Positions 24,204 through 36,997 of a DNA stretch of 64,000 nt are shown one piece after another; within the stretch, counting starts at the first letter, position 1, and every line of letters begins with the position of its first letter. Source of the stretch: Macrostomum lignano (Eukaryota); NCBI GenBank assembly GCA_002269645.1, contig NIVC01000996.1, positions 124,001-188,000 on the forward strand, read 5' to 3'. Below the pieces are notes generated by a model that was not told where the DNA came from, did not search any database, and saw only the letters and a program-made list of their open reading frames with translations. The position numbers were made by a program, and so were the translations under genes.

Positions 24204-24800
24204 GGCAGTGCTTATCCCTACGGTACCGTAGGAATAATTTCTGTCTTATTCCAACGGTACCGTGCGAATAATTTTCTGCTTATCCGCACGGCACACTGAC
24301 GAGATAGCTGCCCTATCTTCTACATATGCCGTGTGGGAAGTTTAGTACATACGATTTGAGTGCAGTATAACAACTTTGTTGAATTATTGTTGAATAAGTA
24401 TACAGAAGGGTATCAGTAAAGCAGAATAACACGCATTTACACATGCATATACTAGTCTAGAACTGATTCGAGTTTATACATCAAGATCAACAGCTTCTTA
24501 GTATCCTCAGTTCAAATTCCCTTTCAATAAGCTATAAACTATTCACGCACAGCATATATATGTAGCAGATAGGGCAGCTAGTAAAGCAGAGGGGGAAATG
24601 GAATAAAACAGAGGACGTGTAGGGTAGCTATCTCGTCAGTGTGCCGTGCGGATAAGCAGAAAATTATTCCCACGGCATATGTAGAAGATAGGGCAGCTAT
24701 CTCCTCAGTGTGCCGTGTGGATAAGCAGAAAATTATTCGCACGGTACCGTTGGAATAAGACAGAAATTATTCCTACGGTACCGTGGGGATAAGCACTGCC
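24204..24800. mobile_element. 597-bp MITE, ~130-bp TIRs, 9-bp TSD (Mutator/Merlin-like)
   Basis: GGCAGTGCTTATCCC...GGGATAAGCACTGCC; TSD AATAATGAC at 24195-24203 and 24801-24809. Confidence 0.9.
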
Positions 24801-25156
24801 AATAATGACATTGTAATTACTATTAGACCTGATAATATCATGGCATTGGGCGTTAGGCTTCTAGTAATATTTGAGTCATTTGACTAGGCCCTATATTATA
24901 ATGGCCAGCAGCCCTAGGCCTACGCCTAATCTTTTGAAAAATTTTTTTACATGAAAGTTAAATACTTAGTACTTAGGTCTAGGACGTTGTCACGTTAGGT
25001 GAGATCGATATTCGATATTAGCATAATTAGGCTGTGATGAGAAAGCCATATTCCGGCAGTTCAGTGGAGGGGAACAGTTGTAGCCTTTTTCTACATTCTC
25101 CAACACCTTAGTCAGCGACAGCGTCAGCGTCAGCGCAGGTAGCCTAGTCTCTCTAT

Positions 25157-25415
25157 GGGCCTTTTCATATTACCAATTCCAGAACCAGAATCGGTTCGGA
25201 ATTCCAAGAAAAGCAGCAGTATAACTACTAAACTCTGTTAATATTTGACTGCCTTAACAACCTAACTTAGCACAATTTTTCACTTTCTTCTTGGCGATTG
25301 TCATTCAATAATAAAAACTTTATAGCACGTATCTCCTTCTAGTTATGGAGACAAAAAGTTATACTTCACAAATTGGTTCTGGTTCTGGAACCAGTACAAG
25401 CAATATGAAAAGGCC
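25157..25415. mobile_element. PIF/Harbinger-like MITE
   Basis: TIRs GGCCTTTTCATATT / AATATGAAAAGGCC; flanks TAT/TAT. Confidence 0.5.
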
Positions 25416-25959
25416 TATTTCTCCACCCGTATATACACGTTAGGCGGTATAGAACACGGCAAAAACCGCCTATAAGGCAGTCCGTATCATGCTATATGAT
25501 ACAGTAGCATGCTATAGACCACCTTTTTTATGCGCACAAGGGCCAAATATGGCACAAATTTGAACAGACGTTTCTGCTTATTTTTTAGTTCACTAATGCA
25601 AAGTAGGCCTAGCGATTTTACTAACCTACTACGCTACTATTCTCTAGTACAGTATTTTAGTATCACTAGAATGCTAGATAAAAATTAGGTCAGGATGACT
25701 TAGTTACAAGTGTAAGTGTTAACATTCAACATTATTTTATGTAGGCCTACTAGCTGTTTATTATTTCCACAATATTAATAGGCCCAGCGAATTAATATTA
25801 GAACAGGAGAACAATACAACTCGACTTAAAGTTCAATAAGTGAACTTGGATGGCGCTCAGTTTCAGTTTGTAGCTAGGCCTATGCACAATTTATAAATAT
25901 ATTTATAAAGGAAGGCTGGCAAGGGTGTGGGGAAGGACAGCAGGGTAGGGGAAAGACAG

Positions 25960-27128
25960 CAGTGTTGGGCACTTCCGTTACCGAGTAACTTGTAAATGGT
26001 AACGCAAGTTACTTTTTCGTAAAGCGTTCCTTACGCAAGTTACTTTCCTATTTTGGTAACGGAGTAACGGTAAGTTACTCAAATTTCGGAAGTCCGTTAC
26101 AGTTACTTTGCAACAATCGCAATATTTAAATTTAAAACTGATATGCTTAGCTATTACGCCAGTTGTCACATTTTTAGCATTTTTCATTCTTAAATTCAAA
26201 ACTAAGTGAATAATATCATACAGTATTACGCTGTAATTAATAAAGAAATACTTGAAACATGTTTTTACTTTGTTATTTTCGGTAAAATATTTTTGCTTTT
26301 CGTTTTTAAGTTAATAAAAATATTTTGTTTAGTTCTTAGAAACAAACAACCAAAGAAAGAAATTCATCTGTAGTCTCCACAAATCCACTCAGTGATCGAC
26401 GTAGCCAGGAATTTTAATTGGGGGGGGGGTTGGCCTGGCTGGCCATGCCTCATGCACCCGCCACGCCCAACCCCACCCCCCCTGGTGGGGTGTCTTGCAG
26501 GTGGGGTGAAGTTGCCGCCCAAACGATTGTTAAGGCGGCCTCCCTGGCTACACCACTAAAGTCCACTGGCACTGCACTGCACTGCACAATAATTTAATAT
26601 TAATGAATTGAAAAATAATTGAAAAAATTGAAAAAAATTTCAAATAATTGAAAATAAAAAGACTAGTAAAGCAGACTGTAGAGTGGAGTAAAGCCAGGTA
26701 CTTATTACGAGCGATGTATTATCAAGGACAACTGAAGTTACGTTAAGTTGTCCTTGTGTATTATAACTTATAATGTTATTAAAAATTAAATTGCGTTTTG
26801 CCTTTAACGTTTCTGACCTTCAGCTTCTCTTCTTTTTACGGAAAGGGCCTAAAGTGATTAAAATTTAATACAGTTACTGAAATTAATTTTGTCGTATTTT
26901 TCCTTCTGGCTTTCGCGATCATTTGTGCTGTTCCAGCACATTTGCAATGTTAAAAAAGCAGAAAATTTTGTTTATAACATAGGTAACGGAAGTAAGTAAC
27001 GGAAGTAACTTAAAAGTTACCGGGTTTTTGTTCAAAGTTACTAGGCTAACGTAAGTTACTTTTTAAAAAGTGGTAACTTAAGTTACAGTAACGCAAGTTA
27101 CTTTTTTTGAGTAACTTGCCCAACACTG
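25960..27128. mobile_element. hAT-like non-autonomous element nested in the 2.85-kb element
   Basis: TIRs CAGTGTTGGGCA / TGCCCAACACTG; 8-bp TSD AAAGACAG at 25952-25959 and 27129-27136; GTAAC/GTTAC subterminal repeats. Confidence 0.9.
26390..26558. mobile_element. small MITE nested in the hAT-like element
   Basis: Imperfect TIRs CAGTG..CGTAGCCAGG / CCTGGCTACACCACTA; flanks AAATCCACT / AAGTCCACT (1 mismatch). Confidence 0.5.
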
Positions 27129-29067
27129 AAAGACAGCAGGGTATGGGGAAAGACAGTAGGGTGTGGGGAAGGCTAGCAGGATATGGGAAAAGCCAGCAAA
27201 GTGTGGCCATGTGGGAAGGCCAACAAGATACAATGAAGGCCAAGCAGGATACATTGAAGAGCAGCAAGGTTTGTGAAAGACAGCAGGGTATGGAAAAGGC
27301 CTATAAAAGACAATGAAGGGCAGCAAGGTATAGGAAAGGCTTGTATTGATAAGAAAAGGTAGCAAGTGTTGTAGGAAGGCCATTGGGGTAAGGTATGGTA
27401 AAAGGCAGTAGGGTCTAACCATGTAGGGAAGGCTAGTAGGTTATGGGGAAAGGGAAGGTTAAAAAAACAAAAAATATAGAACCTCTAAATACTAAATACT
27501 AATTTCAGGCTTAACCTATAACATAAAAAAGTAGAATAGAACCCAATTTATCAATAAAATAAAAAATAAAAAATACATCCATTTATGGAATTTTATGCTA
27601 GCTCAGCTAGTTGTACTACGTATATATAATAGGCTATTAGTATAGTATATTAGAACCCTAAATTATGGTTGTTCAATATATCTATCAATATAGCTAGCTT
27701 TACTAAATAGTTTCTCTCCTAAACTCAGGATTCAGGGTTCAGAAAAAAGAATATTGAATATATAGCCCTAGGCCTAGCTTAGTCACACAGTTATTGCATT
27801 CAGTTACAAAATTGTGCATAGGCCTAGCTACAAACTGAAACTGAGCGCCATCCAAGTTCACTTATTGAACTTTAAGTCGAGTTGTATTGTTCTCCTGTTC
27901 TAATATTAATTCGCTGGGCCTATTAATATTGTGGAAATAATAAACAGCTAGTAGGCCTACATAAAATAATGTTAAATGTTAACACTTACACTTGTAACTA
28001 AGTCATCCTGACCTAATTTTTATCTAGCATTCTAGTGACACTAAAATACTGTACTAGAGAATAGTAGCGTAGTAGGTTAGTAAAATCGCTAGGCCTACTT
28101 TGCATTAGTGAACTAAAAAATAAGCAGAAACGTCTGTTCAAATTTGTGCCATATTTGGCCCTTGTGCGCATAAAAAAGGCGGTCTATAGCATGCTACTGT
28201 ATCATATAGCATGATACGGACTGCCTTATAGGCGGTTTTTGCCGTGTTCTATACCGCCTAACGTGTATATACGGCTGATTTCTCCCTCTTCAGCGCCGCG
28301 CACCGCGCTTGGCTTTAAGAACTTAAAACACGTTTTAACGGACTTTAATTGCACAAAGTAAAACAAGTGTAACAAAAAATTCGGTATTTAAAAACAAGAA
28401 CTACACAAAATCAAATGAATATTTTTAGTTTTTTTAGTTTTTGCGTTTTTTCTATGGAAAAATATGAAAAATTAAGTTGATGTTTTAAAATTTTCTCCGA
28501 AAAAATACTGTTTGGCCCTGCAGGCCTATGACGTCACGCATAGATGTGCACGCCTGGGTTGCTTCACGCCTTCAGTAAAAAGGATGAACTCCATTGTCTT
28601 TGATTAAATAAAATTTAATACTTAGTTGAACTACACCTAGATATAAACTTATCTTAAGAGCTACGTCTGTAAGACTACATACCAGTTCACAACTACACTC
28701 CATATTTCCATAAAACTAAAAAGTAGATTTGGAGCGTAGACTAGCCTAAAACAAAAGGCCAAAGGGGTAGGCTATTAAAACCAGAAAGTAAAAGTCAAAC
28801 TGCAACTGGAGACTGCTGACAGTAACAGAGTAAGGCATATTTTGACTTAAAAGGTCGAGTAGACTTAATACTTTATAGGCAACTTTCTTTTTATTTAAAT
28901 TTTATACTGTGACTTCTTTACTGCTAGGTAGGTCCTAGTTCACATAAGTTCAGCTTATATTATACTGTGTATTCAAGTAATTAGGCCCTAGTTCTAAAAG
29001 CTAGGCCTAACTTGATATTACTCTCTGTCAATAAGGCTAATCTAATTTTGGCCATTGAACTAAATCA

Positions 29068-29114
29068 ATGCCAATGGCCTCTCATGAACCCCCAGTCATC
29101 AAAATTGAAACCAA
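29068..29114 (+). CDS. PPIL1: PPIL1 cyclophilin, exon 1 of 2 (join 29068..29114,32028..32475; 164 aa)
   Basis: MPMASHEPPVIKIET + AA|GTAAGT phase 2; joins exon 2 as ETNLGSFEIELYW, like PPIL1 QPPNVYLETSMG. Confidence 0.8.
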
Positions 29115-30033
29115 GTAAGTTAAATGAATTCCAACTTGGTTTAAACTAATGTTTTATTCTCTATATTATAGTTAATTATGTTTTAATTTTAAAACATTGA
29201 AACATTTTGCCAGAGACAAGGTACAAAATTACATCCTGTGCTATTTCAGTGTAATTTAAAGGCTCAGAGTGCAATTTCTATTTTTTCTTAGTTAGAGGCA
29301 GTGCAAAAATGGTTTCAACAGAAAAATAAGTTATGGGACCACATCTAAACCATACCCACTTGTCAATTTTATTTTTAATTTTAGGGTACAATTTTAAAAT
29401 TAAGCCAAGTGTGTATATGTATATTTTACACAAAAAAATGAACCCAGACTTCAAATTTTGCCAGTTTCAGTTTACAATCACCTTATATTTTGCTCATTCT
29501 AGCACAAAAATGGCATGTTCAAAACTGGCTAGGCCTAAGGCTGACAAAACAAAATGCAAAAATATATTTTATTTTATGTTTTTACTTTTTAAGTAAATTT
29601 TAGAAGACTTAGATTTAGAAAAAAAACTAGTTTCTTGAGTGCATTAGTTTCTTTAATGAGTATCTTTATTTAATTTAAGTTATTTAAGAATATCTATTTT
29701 GGTAATAGTAGCAATTTAGGCAATTGCATATGTCGGATTTTGTATTGGGTGGGGGTGGCAATTTTGGGGCACTAATATTAAATGTTTTGTAGAGATACCA
29801 TTTGCCAATATTGTGTGCTTAAAATACAAATTATGATTAAGTATAAAAAATTGAGCATTTTTATATTTTAATTGGCATTCATTCACTAGAAAATAACTAT
29901 TAGGCATATACTTAATTTGTTGGTGGATTTCATGTATGATCATATAAGACCAACCAAAGTTGGCATCCAAGACATTAGGCCTAATTAGAATCACCAATTC
30001 TTAATGCTTGCAAAAGTCAAGTACAATAATAGG

Positions 30034-30722
30034 CCATAGTCAGGAAGGTGGCAAGTGCACGCGGGAATCAATTTATGGAAAAATCCTTGGTGCACGCCAA
30101 TGTACGCCAATTTTTTAAAACCCTTAACATGACGTTTTTGTTGCATGCCAAAAATCTTGAATACTGAAAATCATTTACGCCTCATGTACGTGTGATTTGA
30201 ATATTAACCATATTAGATACTATTTTTAAATAAATTTTCTACTTACGTTAAACAAAGTTTATATAAAAAAAAGAAATTTGCTACGAAGAACATAGTGAGT
30301 ATCAAAAACTTTTTCTTTACATTTCAAGAAACAAATAAACTAAAAGTCTACAAGAGTCACAAAATAAGAGCATTTAAAAGTTATTGGATATTTTAATTTT
30401 AATGTAGGCTGTAGAGTGTAGGCCTGGCTGTAGGCTAGGCTGTAGCCTAAACTAGTTGGTTCAATCAATATTTAAATTCAATTGTTCACGTTTAACTTTA
30501 TATATTATATATATATAGTGTATACATCTATATCTGACTTGTTGATATACTGTCAGTTTGTAATTGCACGCCAAAGTTACACGCCAAGTAAAAAACTTGT
30601 ACGCTGAAAATTTAGGCGTGGCTTGAGACCCCTATTTGCACACCAACTTTGCACGCCAAAATTTTAGCGTGGCTTGTGCAGGCGGGAAAATTCCTGCGTG
30701 CAGGCCACCTTCCTGAGTATGG
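30034..30722. mobile_element. 689-bp MITE with 8-bp TSD in PPIL1 intron
   Basis: TIRs CCATAGTCAGGAAGGTGGC / GCCACCTTCCTGAGTATGG; TSD ATAATAGG at 30026-30033 and 30723-30730; repeated GCACGCCAA motifs. Confidence 0.88.
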
Positions 30723-32027
30723 ATAATAGGCCTAGCTGAACTTACATGCAAAGATAGACAATGAAATAAACATGGAAATTACAAATGTCAAATTAATTTT
30801 TTCACTTGTCAAAATAATATTCAAAGCATAGGAAAGTAGTTTTTAAATGATAAAACTTCATTATAATTTGAAGATAGAAAGTTATAGCATAATAATAAAA
30901 GTACAAAGCATTTGCTAAAACTTCTATAGACACTAATTTTCTAAACTTGAATGCAAGGATTTAAAAGCCTTGCAAAGTGACAAAGAATTTTGTTTTACAA
31001 TATACAATCACTATATATTTCTTGAAAATAAACTAAGTGTATAACGAGTATCTGTAAAAGTAATTAGTAAGCTTGTTTTGTTTTGTCACAAAAAATTTAT
31101 TTTCTTTTTTTAAGGCATGTTAAAACAATATAATATAGTGTAGGACAGCTCATAAGATTGCAATTCCAAATTAATTCTAAAAATTGAAAAACACTAGCAC
31201 TAACACTTCAAAGTAAAATTTCTATGCATCTATGCTTCATTTTAAACTTTTGAAGAACTTCTTAATGAGTTAGAAAAGTGTTATAGTAGAATTGGAGTAG
31301 CAGAATAGATTGTAGACAATTGTCACCCATTGTGTTGCACTCAGCAGTTAAAGTTCTTTTTAGCTTAGAAAAAACTTTGACTCATGTGTCAAAACTGGAA
31401 AAGTAACAAAGATCATGAGTAGTCACTTAATGTTTAGAAATTTATGTATGCTACAAGTATTTAATGCTTCAATTGCTGACATAAAATGGTCTCACATTGA
31501 TACTGCTACCCACTATTGATGCCATAGTAGGTATTGTGCTTTACCATTGCTTCCTGCACTTTATTCCATTGCTCTTTTATATAGAGACAAGCTTTTCATA
31601 TAAAAAAATTGGTATCAACAAGTTGAAGGTCAAGCTGAAGTCATCAAGTTGAAGGTGCACTTTTGTAGAGCATCATATTGCAGTTTGATATCTGATATGA
31701 TTGCTGCTACTGCCAGATAGAAAACCATTTCTCTATAATTCTGCTTAGCTATTATCAACATTGGTTGCTAGGATCTTGTTGTTGCAAATACAAAATGTTC
31801 TCATGCAAAGCAAATTCTTGGCAACTTTACTTTGATATCAAAGGCCCACCAACAACTCGCGCTCTCCTTGCCTGACTCTCCTTGCCTGACTATCAACATT
31901 GGTTGCTAGGATCTTGTTGTTGCAAATACAAAATGTTCTCATGCAAAGCAAATTCTTGGCAACTTTACTTTGATATCAAAGGCCCACCAACAACTCGCGC
32001 TCTCCTTGCCTGACTCTCCTTTCTCAG

Positions 32028-32475
32028 CTTGGGCTCATTCGAAATCGAACTATATTGGCGTCATGCGCCAAAAACTTGCAAGAACTTTGCTGAGCTGGTG
32101 AAACGCGGCTACTATAACGACGTGAAGTTTCATCGGATCGTACGCGATTTCATGGTGCAAGGCGGCGACCCCACGGGCACTGGTCGGGGCGGTTCGTCCA
32201 TCTATGGCAAGCATTTCGACGATGAGATCCATTCAGACTTGAAGCACTCAGGCGCTGGTATAGTCAGCATGGCCAATTCTGGACCAAATACGAACGGGTC
32301 GCAGTTTTTTATCACACTGGCCCCGACTGAGTGGCTAGACAATAAGCATACTATATTTGGAAGGGTCTATAGCGGAATGAGAACTGTGCAGAAGCTCGGT
32401 CTGGTTGCTACGGACTCTAATGATCGACCAGTTGAAGAGGTTAAGATTATCAAAGCGTATTATTCTGCGGCTTGA
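32028..32475 (+). CDS. PPIL1: PPIL1 exon 2
   Basis: ELYWRHAPKTCKNFAEL..GYY, FHRIVRDFMVQGGDPTGTGRGG, SMANSGPNTNGSQFFITL, WLDNKHTIFGRV; acceptor TTTCTCAG|C. Confidence 0.93.
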
Positions 32476-32559
32476 TTGGCTTTGTTTTATTTAACCATCA
32501 TTTTATAAAAGTTTGCTAGCTTGTGCTGTGCAGCTATATGTCATAATATTTTGTTTCCT

Positions 32560-32940
32560 TTCCGTCTGTCTCTTCCCTAAGTATCTCCCTTTGTCTCTCC
32601 CTTCATCTTTCCCTTTGACTCTTCCTTTGTCTCTATTCTTTTATCCGTTCATGTCTCCTTTCATCTCTCCCTTTAACTATCCATTTCTCCCCCTTTATCT
32701 CTCCCTTCATCCATCCATTCATCTCCCTTCATCTCTTCCTTCATCTCTCGCTTCAACTTTCCCTTTATCTCTTCCTTCATCTCTCGCTTCAACTTTCCCT
32801 TAATCTCTTCCTTTATCTCTCCCTTCAACTTTCCCTTTAATTCTTCCTTCAACTTTCCCTTTAATTCTTCCTTCAACTTTCCCTTTATCTCTCCCTTCAT
32901 CTCTCCCTTCAACTTTCACTGCTACGTTTTCCCTATCTCT
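32560..32940. repeat. CT-rich low-complexity/tandem tract
   Basis: TTCCCTTTATCTCTTCCTTCA(TCT/ACT) units. Confidence 0.75.
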
Positions 32941-33419
32941 TTGCTCTGGTCTGATGTCTCGGTGGTTTTCCAGCATTTTAATAGTTGTTGCTAATTGACG
33001 ATATATATATAACTAACTGTTTTAAGGCTATTTCGCTCTCGCTACTATTGTAAGTAATAATGTCACGAGTTTTTAGTAGCTTTTATAATTAATATGAGTT
33101 ATGTCAACAAATAAACTACGCCAAAACAACTGGCGGTTATGCTTGTGTGTTTCTATATTTGTGCTATATGCCAAAGTAGTGTAAAAAAGTTGATTTGCTT
33201 ACTGTCTTCTCGATTCACGTTATTTGTACTTTTCTAAATATTTTATTACTTGTCAAACCCTTGTTAAACCCAGGGCTTTAGTTGAATGTAGATATTTGCC
33301 ACACATTTAAGCTACGACTCGGAGTTACATATTTTAGACCTGTTCAGTGTTAGCAATCTTTGTTGATTCATTGTACTAAACAATAGATTATATTTTATGT
33401 AGGTTTGTCTACTTTCCAG

Positions 33420-34085
33420 AGCCTCAGTTACCGAGCCAGCCTCCCAGATCCTCAGTTGCTGAGCCAGCCTCCCAGATCCTCAGTTGCTGGGCCAGCCTCC
33501 CAGATCCTCAGTTGCTAAGGCAACCTAGCTCCCAGATCCTCAGTTGCTAAGGCAACCTAGCTCCCAGATCCTCAGTTGCTAAGGCAACCTAGCTCCCAGA
33601 TCCTCAGTTGCTAAGGCAACCTAGCTCCCAGAGTGTCAGTTGCTGGGCCAGCCTCTTAGATCCTCAGTTGCTAAGGCAACCTAGCTCCCAGATCCTCTGT
33701 TGCTGGGCCAGCCTCCTAGATCCTCAGTTGCTAAGGCAACCTAGCTCCCAGATCCTCAGTTGCTGGGGCAACCTCCCAGATCCTCAGTTGCTAAGGCAAC
33801 CTAGCTCCCAGAGTGTCAGTTGCTGTGCCAGCCTCTCAGATCCTCAGTTGCTGAACCAGCCTTCCAGAGTGTCAGTTGCAGGACCAGCTTCCCAGGTCCT
33901 CAGTTCCTGAACCAGCCTTCCAGAGTGTCAGTTGCAGGACCAGCTTCCCAGGTCCTCAGTTCCTGAACCAGCCTTCAAGATCCCCAGTTGCTGGGCCACC
34001 AGAATCCCAGATTCTCAGTTGCAGGGTCAGCCTCTTAAATCTTCAGTTGCTGGGCAAGCCTCCCAGATCATCAGTCGCTGAATTC
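33420..34085. repeat. ~32-bp minisatellite
   Basis: CAGATCCTCAGTTGCTAAGGCAACCTAGCTCC and variants. Confidence 0.9.
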
Positions 34086-34431
34086 TGATTATTTAGCCGC
34101 ATGTGAAAATTGCAAATTGGTAAATGTAAGAGAATTCCGTGAGTATGCATTTGTTATATACCTAACAAGAAGCCATTTGAAAGATTGGAAGATAGTAGAC
34201 TGCTTCTCTGTTCAGTAGGCTCTGTCTGCGCACCACTTTCTACCTGTTCCGGTCCTTAGCACAGCAAATAGTCAGTGTTGTTCGGATAAATCCGGTTTTA
34301 CATTCAATAAGACTTACAGACTGTATGGCTTTGTGTACGTGCGGGTTCAGTGTGGCAATGGCACTCTGCAGTAAAACTGCGTGAAGAATGAAATACAGGC
34401 GTAGGTATAGAGGTCGTGTCCCCGCTCTTAG

Positions 34432-34494
<63 letters not shown>

Positions 34495-35467
34495 TTCAAT
34501 TTTGCTCTTATAAATCTGCTCTGAATGCCGAAAAATATGATTTCATTTTTGCATTCTCGTACTGTACAACAGTTTATAAAATATAGAAGTCATTTTTACA
34601 CTTAGTGCCTTGGGAGCGAAACCCGACCGTGCGAAAAAAGTGAGTCGTTAATTATACTTAATGCTTTCCTTTTTGCAAAAATCTTTCTATGTACTAGCTG
34701 TATGGCTACCAACAAGTACAGTCACTGCTGCATTAGCTTAGGTTTGATTGTACCTCTTAGGTAGTCAGGTGGAGTTGCCGGTAGAGATCTACATTGTAGC
34801 TTAGCTTACATGTGCAAGGGGGGTTGCTCACTCGAAGTGCAACGTGCAACGCATACACAGCTCGTACTTAAGTGGCATGCCAAGCCGAAAGAAATCTCTT
34901 GCCTTTTCCACTCTTCCCCTTGTTTAGATCGACCAAAATATACCTCAGCTGTTTGGAGTTGACTGTTAATTATACACCGAGTTCGTTAGTTTGCTACGCA
35001 GTTGTATCAAATCGGATCGATATCAATTTGTAAGTGGAAAGTTGTGAATATATATCTGATACACTCGTAGTAATTTATATTTACTTGTACCGTAATAATA
35101 CACTGGATAAGAACAGCTTATCGCATCTCGATCTAGGGGGGGGGGGTCAGTCTTAAGTCGCGCATGATGGCATGGACACACGAACGTTGGGCGGTCATGT
35201 CATACAGGTACATGTAGTGACTTATAAGCACGTACCGATAAGAACTAAGGCCTAAAGTTAGTCCAAAGAATTAACAATCTTTTGACTGTATAAAATGTTC
35301 ACGTCTTACCTGCGTGCAAATGCACGACACATTAGCCAAGCTGCATTTACCCGTTTACACTGTTCGCGTTGATTCATAAATCCAGATCTCTAGTCGTATA
35401 TTATAAGTCAACGTTTCATTCCAAACTCTAGATTCGGACTTGATCGGATAACCCGGAAACCAAAAGC

Positions 35468-36625
35468 ATGTCTTCCTCCAATGGGTCACCAGAGCAGCCT
35501 CCGGCGTGGTGGCTGTGGCTGCGAGATCCGTACCCGTGGCACAAGTTCAAAGCCGTAGTGCCGGGCGTGTCTCGGCCTCAACTGTCGGACCTGTGGTTCT
35601 ACGGAGTGCTGTGCACCATTCTGATGCTTCTCCTCCGAGGCCTGCTGCACTACAGTTTGCTTAAGCCACTTGGACAGCGCTTGAAACTGTCCGATCGCCG
35701 CGTCCGCTTGCCGGGCTGGTTCAACGCTCGAACGCGACTTCTGGAACCGTTGCTGGGCCATCGAAGGCGCCTGGCATCTGCCGAGCTAAAGGAGCTCGCT
35801 AGGACGGCTAACGTCAGCGAGAGATCCGTAGAAAATTGGCTTCGGTTGCGAAGGAATCGCGACAAACCGACTCAGTTGGCTCGATTCACCGAGTGCAGCT
35901 GGTACCTCATCTACTACACCGTGTTCGTCACCTACGGCCTCGTGCTGCAGTGGAATGAGCCGCACTTTTGGGACAGCCGCCACCTGTGGCTCGACTGGCC
36001 GCAGCACCATCTCAGCCGAGCGGCCTTCTGGTACTACATGCTCGAACTGGGCTTCTACGCTTCCTCCCTAATCACTCTGACAGCCGATATCAGACGAAAA
36101 GATTTCTACGAGCTTACAGCTCATCATCTGGTTACAATTGGTTTGATCTTGCTGTCGTGGGCGTTCAACTTCACCAGGGTTGGCCTTTTAACGCTCGTCA
36201 TTCATGACGCCGTAGATCCCCTGCTGTCGTTTGGCAAGCTGGCAAAATACCTGGGTGCTCAGAAATTGAGCGACGCCACTTTCGGCGTGTTTCTCATCGT
36301 CTGGGTCCTGTCTAGGCTAGTAGCTCTACCAATCCGAGTAGTGTACTCAGTGTACGCCCACAGTCTACCAGCGCTGGAGATTCCACCCTGTCTTGTCTAC
36401 TACATGTTCGTTGGCATGTTTGTGCTGCTGCAGGTGTTGCACTGTGTCTGGACCTACTACATATTCCGCATCGTGTTGTACCTGCTGCGAACCGGCCAGA
36501 CTGATGGAGACATCCGCTCGGATTCGGAGATGTCCGACAATAATGAAGTTGAGGATGACGACGACTTGGCTGACAATAATGCCGCTGTTAGTAGTAACGG
36601 AAAAGTCGTCGGGAAGACTGACTGA
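35468..36625 (+). CDS. CERS: ceramide synthase (LASS/CerS; Hox-like plus TLC domain), intronless, 385 aa
   Basis: Hox-like LKELARTANVSERSVENWLRLRRNRDKP; RFTECSWYLIYY; YYMLELGFY; Lag1p motif RKDFYELTAHHLVTIGL...LVIHDAVD; GDIRSDSE acidic tail. Confidence 0.93.
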   Translation: MSSSNGSPEQPPAWWLWLRDPYPWHKFKAVVPGVSRPQLSDLWFYGVLCTILMLLLRGLLHYSLLKPLGQRLKLSDRRVRLPGWFNARTRLLEPLLGHRRRLASAELKELARTANVSERSVENWLRLRRNRDKPTQLARFTECSWYLIYYTVFVTYGLVLQWNEPHFWDSRHLWLDWPQHHLSRAAFWYYMLELGFYASSLITLTADIRRKDFYELTAHHLVTIGLILLSWAFNFTRVGLLTLVIHDAVDPLLSFGKLAKYLGAQKLSDATFGVFLIVWVLSRLVALPIRVVYSVYAHSLPALEIPPCLVYYMFVGMFVLLQVLHCVWTYYIFRIVLYLLRTGQTDGDIRSDSEMSDNNEVEDDDDLADNNAAVSSNGKVVGKTD

Positions 36626-36997
36626 GATGTAATTCAAGCTAGGCATAGCCACAGTCTAAGAAAAAGTAGTTAACTCACAGCAGGGGGGGGCTTTGCTGAC
36701 TTGTACTCGTAGTTTTTGGCACCAATTTAAAATTGTTTCCTTGCAAAAGAATCTAGATTAATTTGTGCATGCATGGGAAATCTAGTCGAGAATTTATTTG
36801 TTATTTAATTACCTTTTCTGTTGGTCTTATTAGCGAGTCTGCGAACTCATTATCTCTTACTAATGTTTGCTTCATTTGTCCAAAATAATTGTCTGTCTAT
36901 TTGAGTTTTAGAAATCGTTTTTGTTTTATCTAGCACTCTATTTGTTATACTCGTAGTTGTTTTTATTTTTTTAAACTCACCGCTATATAGTAGCACA

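Larger units (their letters stand above)
25424..28277. mobile_element. 2.85-kb non-autonomous TIR element, ~469-bp TIRs, 7-bp TSD (P-like)
   Basis: 25424-25892 is the near-perfect reverse complement of 27809-28277; CA...TG ends; ATTTCTC at 25417-25423 and 28278-28284. Confidence 0.9.

Noticed and set aside
24295-24325. Hammerhead core CTGACGA-GATAG...CTATC
   Set aside because: No GAAA after the stem; it is part of a MITE TIR.
31380-31990. Possible decayed Tc1/mariner-like transposase on the minus strand
   Set aside because: Only vague motif echoes (WWAFDIK, LDLQLVD); too degraded to support without an HMM search.
34200-34400. Possible small minus-strand exons
   Set aside because: Splice-like sites are present, but every joined frame hits a stop.
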